Assembly: GCA_002269645.1 (NCBI GenBank)
Contig: NIVC01001237.1
Coordinates: forward strand, 338,776 to 402,775
Source of the DNA: Macrostomum lignano
Lineage: Eukaryota
Reading direction: 5' to 3'
DNA: 64,000 nt
The notes below the pieces were generated by a model, which was given only the letters and a program-made list of their open reading frames with translations, made no database searches and had not been told where the DNA came from. Numbering within the stretch: position 1 is the first letter of the stretch; the number at the start of each line of letters is the position of its first letter. Positions 38,101-48,955 of this stretch are shown piece by piece. The translations under genes and the position numbers were made by a program.

Positions 38101-41100
38101 TTAATCAGTATAAAACCCGCTAAAAGTATTGCTTTCAAACTCGTACCAATAAATGGACTGAAAGTACACCAAAATTACATTAACCTAATTGAAATGCCAT
38201 GATTTTTATTATCTTTAATTGTCATTAGCCCCAAATGTCATTACCTCTAAGTTTTATGACTCCAAAATGTCAATACGCCAAAATGTACGAGTAATTATCT
38301 CTCAATTTTTTGACTCCAAAATATCATTACCCACAAATGTCATTACTTCCAATAATTAAATCGCGCCCAAAAATGTCGATCATCTTCCCGAATGACATTC
38401 TACAGACATGTGGCTACTCTGACAAAAAGGACACAGTCGAATGGAAGAGAGAAAAGGACTCAGGGAGACAAAGAAGCCAAGCCAGTCAGCTGAGCAGGTG
38501 AGTCAGCAGCAACCATTGCCACAACAACATCAATAACAGCAACAGCAGATGGGTCAAGACTAGATCAATTAGGCGGGGTCAGACGAGGTCACGTGACCGA
38601 CGGGCGGCGGCGGGGCGCTGGCAGCGAGGTTCTGCGTTTCTGCAACGCCTCCATCGCCGCTACCCAAAAGACCGCTAAAGCTGAAAGCAGTTATTATATA
38701 TTTATTCATTTTTTTAGTTTTTTCGCGCTACTCTTAGGACCAGATGTAAGTAGTACAAAATCGACGAAATATTTGATTTAATTTTACAAGTACTCATAAT
38801 TTTATCAGATTTTTATTTTGTCAACTAAACCGTTTTTAATAACAGACAACAACCCATGTAAGCTCAGAAAAATCTATTTCAGGATTCTGAGATCAATTTG
38901 AAGGTTGATTCATTTCGAAAAAATAAAAAACCCTGAAGAGAACTACACCGTTCTTATTAGTAATGGCTCAAAAGGGCTTCATTTTAAATTTACGAGTTTA
39001 AATGATTTACGAGTCACAACGCAAAGAACTATGACATGCATTTAATAGTTGAAAAAATCGGCATGATTCCAGACATACACCTTGATTGCATCGCAGAGAA
39101 CAAGGAGAAGTTTAAGTGTGTTGATATTAAACAGGATAATTCGGGTACAGGTAAAATAAGACTGAAGGATTCATATCAATTTCTAGCTGCCAGTCTAGAC
39201 GAACTAAGCACGAGTACTCCAAGGGCACACAGATCAGTTAAATACAGTCAATTTATTAAACACTTAAAGCTAAGGATGGAACTGGAAGGCTTCCCATGCA
39301 CGTAGCAACAGATTGCATACGCCGTGGCTTCCGTCTCAATCCCACTACTGCAGTGGCTTCCGTCTCGACCCCCTCGGGCGCTCCTATTGGCTACTACTGC
39401 AGTGGCTTCCGTCTCGACCCCCTCGGGCGCTCCTATTGGCTACTACTGCAGTGGCTTCCGTCTCGACCCCCTCGGGCGCTCCTATTGGCTACTACTGTCG
39501 TGGCTTGCGTCTCGACCCCTGGGGCGCTCCTATTGGCTACTACTGCCGTGGCTTGCGTCTCGACCCCTGGGGCGCTCCTATTGGCTACTACTGCCGTGGC
39601 TTGCGTCTCGACCCCCTGGGGCGCTCCTATTGGCTACTACTGCCGTGGCTTGCGTCTCGACCCCTGGGGCGCTCCTATTGGCTAAATCCAATAACTAGGC
39701 CGGGGCTTGCGTCTCGACCCCCCTGGGGCGCTGCTATTGGCTTCTTTTTTAACCGTGACTGGCGTCTAGACCCCTTTGGGGTCCTGCTTTTGTCTCCAAT
39801 TACTAATTAGCTGAACGCCTCGAACCTTTTACTAATAATTTTGATTTTACGCACGAAAGAGACTTTATCTTTTCAAATGCAAATACTACTACTATCCTAA
39901 GAGTAGTCAAACGCATATGGACACTGAAGATTAGTGACTAATCGAGAAGTTATATAATTATCTTTGAGACAGACAGATAGACAGAGGAAATAACGCTCAG
40001 CAGTAGTTAAGTAAGTGCATGTAGTACTATGATCGTATTTTTATATAGAGATAGATTGATTATAATTAGGTAGACTTGGAGTAGATAGATTCTATAAAAC
40101 TTTATTTTGACAAAATCTCTAATTGTGTTTGCAACCACTGCTTTTTGTGATAAAATAACATCTAGTGATGCTGCATTATGAGTAAATAATTACTAATATT
40201 TACGCTTACATTAGCAATATCTAATTGAAAGAGGCAGATTTACTAAGACATTAATTACATCACATTAAATTACGTTACATTGCATTAGCTATTAATGTCA
40301 TAATTAAAAACAAATTTCATAAATATTACTGATACTTGTATTGCAGGATTTGTGATTCAAGATATCATTTTTACCCTGATAAATTTGTGGATCTCACATC
40401 GCCGGATTCAGGATCTAAGAATTTTTTATTTAAGATTCTGGGATAAAAAACTTCGGATCTGAGATCTGAGGATATTGGGATCTGAGGATATTGGGATCTG
40501 AGTGTATTGGGATCTGAGGATATTGGGATCTGAGAATATTGGGATGTGAGTGTATTTGGATCTGAGGATATTGGGATCTGAGTGTATTGGGATCTGAGGA
40601 TATTGGGATCTGAGGATATTGGGATCCGAGATCTAAGGATATTGGGATCTGAGGGTATTGGGATCCGAAATCTAAGGATATTGGGATCTGAGGGTATTGG
40701 GATCCGAGATCTAAGGATATTTGGATCTGAGGGTATTGGGATCCGAGATCTAAGGATATTTGGATCTGAGGGTATTGGGATCCGAGATCAAAGGATATAG
40801 GGATCTGAGGGTATTGGGATCTGAGGATATTGGGATCTGAGATCTGCAATCAAGTTCCACACGCATCTTGGACACTGCAGCACAGTAACCAGAAGACAGT
40901 TTCAAACAGATTGGCACAGCTCAAGAAAACTCACAATCCAAACAGGCTGCCGCGCTTCTTCTTCAACTCCTGCGGCGGCTCCCGATTGGCTCTGAGCATC
41001 TCCGTCCAGCGCACAGCCTCCTGCAGCTCCATCAGGCGCTCCTTGTACTGATTGCGCTCCATCAGCACGCGTGACATCTCAACTCGGGTGAACCGCTTGC

Positions 41101-44100
41101 GCTGGGCCATGGGCACCGATTCCTGTTAGGTGTGCGGGTGGGTGTGACACTTTAAGCACGTCTCAGGTTCCATTCCCGGGGGCGGGAGGGGGCACAATGT
41201 ATGAGGCTTGAGCAGTCTTGACGCAAATTTACAAATGAAGCGATTAGTATATGAGCCTTCTCACTGATATTTATGGTTAACAGGGTTCACCATTCAGAGA
41301 AACCAAATTTTATTAATGCATAAAACTCAAACAATACATGTAAATTCTACAACCCTAAAAGTTACAAACTCCACAAGCCCCAAACTCCACAAACCTACAA
41401 AATCCACAAACCCCAAACTACACAAACCTACAAAATCCACAAACCCCAAACTTCAACCCCCCCCAAACTCCACAAACCCCAAACTCCACAAACCCCAAAC
41501 TCCACAAACCCCAAACTCCACAAACCCCAAACTCCACAAACCCCAAACTTCACATACCCAAAAATCCACAAACCTCAAACTCCAGAAACCCCAAACTCCA
41601 CAAACCCCAAACTTCACATACCCAAAAATCCACAAACCCCAAACTCCATAAACCCCAAACTCCACAAACCCCAAACTCCACAAACCCCAAACTTCACATA
41701 CCCAAAAATCCACAAACCCCAAACTACACAAACCCCCAAATCTACAAACCCCAAACTCCACAAACCCCAAAATCCACAAACCCTACTAAACTTAACAAAT
41801 CTTAAAGCGCCCACAAATCTTTGCCAACTTACGTCTTCATCCTCGCCTCTATCGGCGTGTCTCTTGGCCTTCTTGGCCTCCTCTCGAAGCGACTTGTTCT
41901 CAGCTTCCAGCTCGGTGAGTTTCTCTTTCAGCTTATTTTTGAGAATAGTGAGCGAGCTCACTTCTTCCTGCAGCATGTCCTTTTCGCTGGCGGAAAATTG
42001 GGCAGGGTAAAATTTTGGCGAGTCGGTTCTTATGGTAGTACTATAAGTAGTATGAAGAAACAATGTGAGTGCATTTCGTATAAATTAGCTACCTTTATTT
42101 CTAGTAGCATCATTATAAAATTCCTATTTGGCTAATAGGCTGCTACCTTTATGGTAGCTTAGATACCTTTCCTAGGAACCCACACCAAGATTTTTCCTAG
42201 AAACCTACATCAAGGCGTTTTTTAGAAACCTAAATCAAGGTATTTCCTAGGAACCCACACCAAGATTTTTCCTAGAAACCTACATCAAGGCGTTTTCTAG
42301 AAACCTAAATCAAGGTATTTCCTAGGAACCCACACCAAGATTTTTCCTAGAAAACTTCACCAAGGCGTTTCTTATATCAAGGTGTTTCCTAGAAACCTAC
42401 ATAAAATGTGTTTCCTAGAAACCTACATCAAGGTGTTTCCTAGAAACTCACACCAAGATTTTCTTAGAAACCTACATCAAGGCGTTTCCTAGAAATCTAA
42501 ATCAGGGTGTTTCCTAGAAACCTACATAAAATGTTTCCTAGAAACCTACATCAATGTGGTTCCTAGAAATCTAAATCAAGGTGTTTCCTAGAAATCAAAA
42601 TCAAGGTGTTTCCTAGAAACCTACATAAAATGTGTTTCCTAGAAACCTACATCAATGTGGTTCCTAGAAATCTAGATCAAGGTGTTTCCTAGAAACCTAC
42701 ATCAAGGTGTTTCCTAGAAACCCACATCAATGTGTTTCCTAGAAACATACATCAATGTGTTTCCTAGAAACCTACATCAAGGTGTTTCCCAGAAACCTAC
42801 ATCAAGGTGTTTCCTAGAAACCTAGGTACCTGTTTGGTTGGCTAGACATCTATCCTAGAAACCTAGGCCGCACTTCAGGTAGGTTTGACACCTTTCCTGG
42901 AAAACCTATAGTTATAGAAAAGCTAATCTTTTATTCTATACTTTTTAGGCTTTCTATTTGTAATTTTTCCTCACCCGGTGAGCTCGTCCACCTTTGCAAT
43001 GAGATCGTCTTTGACAATGTTGAGCGCATTTCTGTTAAAAGCGTTTAAAAGTGAACAGTGATCTTATAAATTAAAAAATGAGACTATTTGGTTATCAGTA
43101 TTAACTGTGAACTTACTTAGTCTCAATGAGATCGGCGTTTTCTTTGATCAGGTTTTCGATCTCCCGACTCATTCCTGACAATTTTTTGTTTTTTTCGTTT
43201 CGTAAAGGAATGTTAATTGACACATTTTGTAGAATACTAAAATAAGTTTTATTTAGCACACCAGTAGACTTAACGTGACAGTAAAAGCACAATAATGCGA
43301 AGTTAGTTTTCGGATAGAAAGGATTCAGTGTACACTAAAGTGGTTAGGGTTAGAAAGGATCCAGTGTACACTGAAGGGGTTGGGGTTAGTGGGATAGAAA
43401 GGATCCAGTGTACACTGAAGGGGTTGGGGTTAGTGGGGTAGAAAGGATCCAGTGTACACTGAAGGTGTTAGGGTTAGTGGGATAGAAAGGATCCAGTGTA
43501 CACTGAAGGGGTTGGGGTTAGTGGGATAGAAAGGATCCAGTGTACACAGAGCCCCTGGGGTTGTCGAGGGAGGGGTAGAAATGAGGGTACAGTGCCCAAT
43601 TCCCAAGGCAGGCGGGTTTCAAAGGCTTAAAACATGCACAGTCAACACAGTAAGCTCGCAGATAGAAATTTGAATTGATTTTGTTTAGTGTTAGGATAAA
43701 AGTAGACGAGGTTAAGCAAGCACAGGCAATAAAGTTTAGCAAGTCGACAAAAATCTACACAAATCAATAATAGGGTTAATCAGCCGCAACCAAATTAAGG
43801 AAAATCAGTGCCATAAAGTTATTCTAACCATAAATATTATTTACCAAACAATCCTTCGCCGGAAGCTGCAGATAATTAATAAGGAAAAAATGATCCATTA
43901 TAGATTTGAAGTACTGGTGATTAAAAATAATTTTGAAAGTGCCGTATTGTATTATTGTTTCAGTGTTACTATTGCAAAGCACATTATGGTTAGGCATACT
44001 TCAATCCAGAAGGATTATAATTTAGAATCAATTATTTTCATATTAAAAGTGCTACTGACACTACTTGCTATTTACCTCGGTCAAGTACTATATTAGAAAT

Positions 44101-47100
44101 CGTAATTAAAGTTGTCACCAATATAATCCGATATTAAATTAATATTATTGTAACGTATTTTCCAAGTTAAATACTGACAAATACAATTTAGTTAGGTCAT
44201 AAATCATAATTATTGTTTTGTAAGCGTATATTTAACAATAATATTTAATATTTTTTTAATTACCAAACTCGCCGCTATCCTCATATTCGTCCAAAGAATA
44301 TTCGCCTGAATGTGTAAAAACAACAGATTGATCGAGCAATAAAATAATCGATGATTGAATTACAATAGTTTTAAAACTATTGAATATGAATAACTAGCAT
44401 AAATAAAGATGCATCACAAAGCTTGTATATATTTATCAATTTTTTGCAACAATCATGCTTAGTATAACTGCAAAAAAAACAAAATATGCACATCAATATA
44501 TATGGAAGCACTACTGAATTTACGACAGTAAACTTTAAAAAATCTAAACACTCAAACTAGGCTACTTAAAGTAGAAATACAAACATTTTAACAGTAGATT
44601 TTACTATACGAATGAAAAATAATCAAGCACTTTATTTAATATAACAAACCAGTTATGTTAACTTTATAAGAGTGCAAGCGGCACACGCAAAACCATTTGA
44701 TCTTGCAATAGCTCAATAATTTTGTGACAATAATGAAAGACAAACTAAAACTAATATACTTCTGTATTCTATAGAAATTTGCCGCAAAATGACTATAGAC
44801 TCACCGGAGTACTCTCCAGGCGAAGTGAGCTTGCCTTGAAAAAAAACAATTTTAAAAAATAATTAAAACTCATTTAAACAAGCAACAAGATTAAAATAAA
44901 AACATATTCTGCAAAATAGTTTTAAAACCTGTCCATTTAAAATAATTTTAAACGCTTAAAAATATGCGTAAACTTTCAGCGAAACTCATAATTTTGAACT
45001 TGTGAAGTTCAGTGATGCATCCTGACAATGGATAGAAGATAGAATATATAAGGTAAAACGGCTTTTGTACGATAGGAAAAATATTATAAACATTCTGTTA
45101 GGCACATTCCTATTCCTAACTCGAATGTCCCTAATCCCAATTTCAAATATCTCTAATCCCAATTTCAAATATACCTAATCCGAAACTTGAATATCCCTAA
45201 TTGGGATTAGGGATCTATTTGGGATTACGGATCCACATGTATTTGGGATTAGGGATCTATTTGGGATTAGGGATCCACATGTATTTGGGATTAGAGATCT
45301 ATTTAAGATTAGGGATCTATATGTATTTGGGATTATGGATCTATTTGGGATTAGGGATCTATCCCAAATTCAAATATCCCAAATCCCAAAATCGAATATC
45401 CCTAATCCCAATTTCAAATATCGCTAATTCCAATTTCAAATATCGCTAATCCCAATCCTAAATATCGCTAATCCTTATTTTAAATATCCCTAATCTTAAG
45501 TTCAAATATCCCTAATCCAAAATCGAATATCCCATTTGATCGTAATAAACGGTACGAGTACTCAATAAAAGATATTCCACAGTCAAATATCCAAAATCCC
45601 ATATTCCAATCAAATATCCCAACTCACCGACAATATCGGCGCCCAAATCAATATCCTCGATAGCTTGGGCGTCCCCACCAGCAGACACCTCTTCGTAAAG
45701 AGATGCTTCGTTGCTAGCACTGCTTTCAGCGGGCATAAGACGGCTTGGGGGCTGCCGGAGAATCTGTTGTTGTTGCTGTTGTTGCTTTTCCTGCTGCTGC
45801 TGCTGGCCAGGCGGCGGATACATTTCTTGCGAAGGATCCGGATTCGAGCAGCCGGCAATCGGCACCTTGAAGCCCTGCGGAGAGCAGTTATTGAAGTGTT
45901 GGGTTGGGATACTACAGACAGGTGAGAGAGGATACTACAGACAGGTGAGAGGGGATACTACAGACAGGTGAGAGGGGATACTACAGACAGGTGAGAGGGG
46001 ATACTACAGACAGGTGAGAGGGGATATTACAGACAGGTGAGAGGGGATATTACAGACAGGTGAGAGGGGATACTACAGACAGGTGAGAGGGGATACTACA
46101 GACAGGTGAGAGGGGATACTACAGACAGGTGAGAGGGGATACTACAGACAGGTGAGAGGGGATACTACAGACAGGTGAGAGGGGATACTACAGACAGGTG
46201 AGAGGGGATACTACAGACAGGTGAGAGGGGATATTACAGACAGGTGAGAGGGGATACTACAGACAGGTGAGAGGGGATATTACAGACAGGTGAGAGGGGA
46301 TACTACAGACAGGTGAGAGGGGATACTACAGACAGGTGAGAGGGGATATTACAGACAGGTGAGAGGGGATACTACAGACAGGTGAGAGGGGATACTACAG
46401 ACAGGTGAGAGGGGATATTACAGACAGGTGAGAGAGGATACTACAGACAGGTGAGAGGGGATACTACAGACAGGTGAGAGGGGATATTACAGACAGGTGA
46501 GAGGGGATACTACAGACAGGTGAGAGGGGATACTACAGACAGGTGAGAGGGGATATTACAGACAGGTGAGAGGGGATATTACAGACAGGTGAGAGGGGAT
46601 ATTACAGACAGGTGAGAGGGGATACTACAGACAGGTGAGAGGGGATACTACAGACAGGTGAGAGGGAATACTACAGACAGGTGAGAGGGGATACTACAGA
46701 CAGGTGAGAGGGGATACTACAGACAGGTGAGAGGGGATATTACAGACAGGTGAGAGGGGATACTACAGACAGGTGAGAGGGGATACTACAGACAGGTGAG
46801 AGGGGATACTACAGACAGGTGAGAGGGAATACTACAGACAGGTGAGAGGGGATACTACAGACAGGTGAGAGGGGATATTACAGACAGGTGAGAGGGGATA
46901 TTACAGACAGGTGAGAGGGGATACTACAGACAGGTGAGAGGGGATACTACAGACAGGTGAGAGGGGATACTACAGACAGGTGAGAGGGGATTAGAGACAG
47001 GTGAGGGGATATTGGAGAGACAGAGGGGATATTAAAGACACAGGGGGGATATTGGAGACACTGAGGGGATATTGGAGACACTGAGGGGATATTGGAGAGA

Positions 47101-48955
47101 CAGAGGGGATATTAAAGACACAGGGGGGATATTGAAGACACTGAGGGGATATTCGAGACGGGATAAAGGTATAAAGAGATTAACTAGGAGTTATGTTCAC
47201 CTTGTCATCCAGACGCACAACATCGATAACCTCCAAGGTGGGCAGCGAGTCTCCCGGCAGAGCAGCCGGCTGCTCCTGGCTCACTGCCAGTTCATCGCGT
47301 AAGCTGGCATCCTGACCCTCCATCGCTGAATAGAACCGATCAGTCTCGGTTAAAGCTGAGTTATTTGACGATTCTTGATGATGATGCTGTTGCTGCTGCT
47401 GCTGCTGCTGCCGACTCTGATTCCGTAACCCGGATCCTCCCAAACCTGTTGCAGAAGCATCCTGCTGCGACAGCGGTCGATGCAGTCTATGCTGCTGGTT
47501 GTGAACAATTCTAGCAAAACCGCCGCCTCCCCCCAGCTCAGCGCTGATTGGCTGATCGCTGGCCATCAGCAGTTTGGTTCGTTCAAGGTGTTCAGTGTGG
47601 GTGCGCAACAGGTCAGTGTATTTGTCTCGGCAATTCTGCAGCTCGCGACGCAACTCTCGCTCTTTCTCTTCTAGCCGGCTGACCTGGTCCTGATTAGCGG
47701 AGTTGCAGAGTTAGCTCTGCTGTTTAATTCAATTCTTCCCCCCTTTTATTGCAGCCCCGCCAAGATGGAAGCAAGAGTTACGCAAAGGGGAATACTAAGA
47801 GTATCACACACTTGATTGAACTCAATTCTACACTTAGTCAATCCCACGCCTGCATCACCAGATCCCACACCTGTACCAACAGATCCCACACCTGTACCAA
47901 CAGATCCCACACCTGCATCACCAGATCCCACACCAGTACAATCATATCCTACACCAGTACAATCATATCCCACACCAGTACAATCATATCCCACACCAGT
48001 ACAATCATATCCTACACCAGTACAATCATATCCCACACCTGTACAATCATATCCCACATCTGTGCAATCATATACCACACCTGTACAATCATATCCCACA
48101 CCTGTGCAATCATATTCCACACCTGTACAATCATATCCTACACCTGTACAATCACATCCCACACCTGTACAATCATATCCCACACCTGTACAATCATATC
48201 CCACATCTGTGCAATCATATACCACACCTGTACAATCACATCCCACACCTGTACAATCATATCCCACACCTGTACAATCATATCCCACACCAGTACAATC
48301 ATATCCCACACCAGTACAATCATATCCCACACCAGTACAATCATATCCCACACCAGTACAATCATATCCCACACCAGTACAATCATATCCCACACCTGTA
48401 CAATCATATCCCACACCTGTACAATCATATCTCCCACCTGCAGATTTCTACAAAAAACTCCCGCACCTGAGCATTCCTGGCCTTGAGCTCAAGCATCTTG
48501 CAGATGGACTGAAGACTGTCTTTATCTTCGGAAAACTTCGCTTTCTCTTCAGCAGCCGCCTCCTCGGTTAGAAACATTCGATCTTCGGCAGTCTTTCGCA
48601 TCTGTTTCTCCCGTTCAAACTGGGACAATAGCTGGTGGTTGTCCTCTTTCAGCAACTCTAAACTAACTTCAAATTGGCCACGCTCAGTGATAGCTCGCTC
48701 AAGATTCTCCAGCACCGTTACAATAAGTGGCATCAAATCTTTCACAACCTCTTCGTCATATTTTTTAATCATATTTTCAAATTCTGTGTAGATTTGACTG
48801 GCCAAACTTTGCACCCGATCGGACATCACGTGACCCTCTTCCAGGGTAGGAGACGGTGAGTGCTTGAGATTAAGAGATGAATACTCCACCGATTCGCTCA
48901 GAACAGGCGACTCGGTGGCTTCAGCAGCCAATTCTGCTGCCTCCTCACTGGACAT
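25588..48955 (-). CDS. JIP3: JNK-interacting protein 3/4 ortholog (MAPK8IP3/SPAG9; Sunday driver; UNC-16). Exons 48955-48467, 47689-47201, 45874-45628, 44834-44805, 43174-43117, 43031-42975, 41986-41833, 41122-40935, 36650-36146, 29593-28204, 27033-26932, 25700-25588 (3822 nt, 1273 aa)
   Basis: RH1 domain ([44 protein letters not shown]), leucine zipper II ([41 protein letters not shown]), RH2 ([38 protein letters not shown]), [19 protein letters not shown]40-like region ([25 protein letters not shown]), [13 protein letters not shown] and terminal [10 protein letters not shown]. All 11 introns are GT-AG with matching phases. Confidence 0.96.
25715..26800. repeat. Compound repeat in the last JIP3 intron: (GATA)n at 25715-25770 and 25930-26200, 21-bp (CAAGAACAGCAGAGAAAGACA)n at 26200-26755, (CA)n at 26760-26798
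   Basis: Visible. Confidence 0.95.
27385..28070. repeat. 36-bp minisatellite (GACTCTGAGACTTTATAGGTACCTAATTAGCTAATT) with palindromes AGGTACCT and AATTAGCTAATT
   Basis: Period of 36 (27541, 27577). Confidence 0.95.
29840..31170. repeat. 59-bp minisatellite, about 22 copies
   Basis: GGACATCCT at 29942 and 30001. Confidence 0.96.
31994..35767 (+). CDS. Divergent casein kinase 1 / TTBK-family Ser/Thr kinase nested antisense in JIP3 intron 9. Exons 31994-32176, 33428-34138, 34811-35767 (about 616 aa)
   Basis: GSGAYG G-loop, [42 protein letters not shown]. These are CK1-type motifs, with no APE. Junctions CAG|gtaggt..ctcag|GTA and CTG|gtgagt..ttcag|GTC are both phase 0. Confidence 0.87.
32405..33350. 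repeat. 28-bp minisatellite (TGGAAAACCAGTTTCGGAAACAGAAGGG) in kinase intron 1
   Basis: Visible; internal GTTTCGGAAAC hairpin. Confidence 0.95.
36980..37670. repeat. 33-bp minisatellite (TGGAATTTTCCTAGAAATTTATTCAAAACACCG)
   Basis: Period of 33 (37141, 37174). Confidence 0.95.
39006..39305 (+). pseudogene. Relic of a protein-primed DNA polymerase B exonuclease region (Polinton/Maverick/adintovirus-like)
   Basis: In-frame [50 protein letters not shown] resembles the ExoII HN-x3-YD-x-H-x-I and L-R-F-x-DS-x-x-F-x-x-x-SL-x-x-L motifs. Bounded by stops. Recognised from memory, no search run. Confidence 0.65.
39340..39790. repeat. 49-bp minisatellite (GCTCCTATTGGCTACTACTGCAGTGGCTTCCGTCTCGACCCCCTCGGGC)
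   Basis: Period of 49 (39361, 39410). Confidence 0.93.
40445..40845. repeat. GGGATCTGAGGATATT-type repeat
   Basis: Visible. Confidence 0.92.
41365..41785. repeat. 16-bp (AAACCCCAAACTCCAC)n
   Basis: Visible. Confidence 0.92.
42165..42825. repeat. About 25-bp minisatellite (GTGTTTCCTAGAAACCTACATCAAG)
   Basis: Visible. Confidence 0.92.
43310..43545. repeat. 44-bp repeat (GGGATAGAAAGGATCCAGTGTACACTGAAGGGGTTGGGGTTAGT)
   Basis: About 5 copies visible. Confidence 0.9.
44805..44834 (-). CDS. JIP3: 30-nt frame-preserving JIP3 microexon ([11 protein letters not shown])
   Basis: Minus strand ttttttttcaag|GCAAGCTCACTTCGCCTGGAGAGTACTCCG|gtgagt; phase 1/1; lies between GADIVG and GMSREIEN. Confidence 0.8.
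45128..45530. repeat. CCCTAATCCCAA repeat with an internal inverted block (TTGGGATTAGGG, 45201-45360)
   Basis: Orientation flips at about 45200 and about 45360. Confidence 0.88.
45905..47160. repeat. 23-bp minisatellite (GGGGATACTACAGACAGGTGAGA) degrading into a GA-rich repeat
   Basis: Visible. Confidence 0.96.
47845..48430. repeat. 21-bp minisatellite (CACACCTGTACAATCATATCC), JIP3 intron 1
   Basis: Visible. Confidence 0.95.

Noticed and set aside
38406-38497. Plus-strand exon-like segment (ctacag..GAGCAG|gtgagt)
   Set aside because: No partner exons or recognisable protein; could not be supported.
47816-48571. Heptad repeat (YPTPVQS)n resembling the Pol II CTD or a mucin
   Set aside because: A 21-bp intronic minisatellite, antisense to JIP3, open in several frames.
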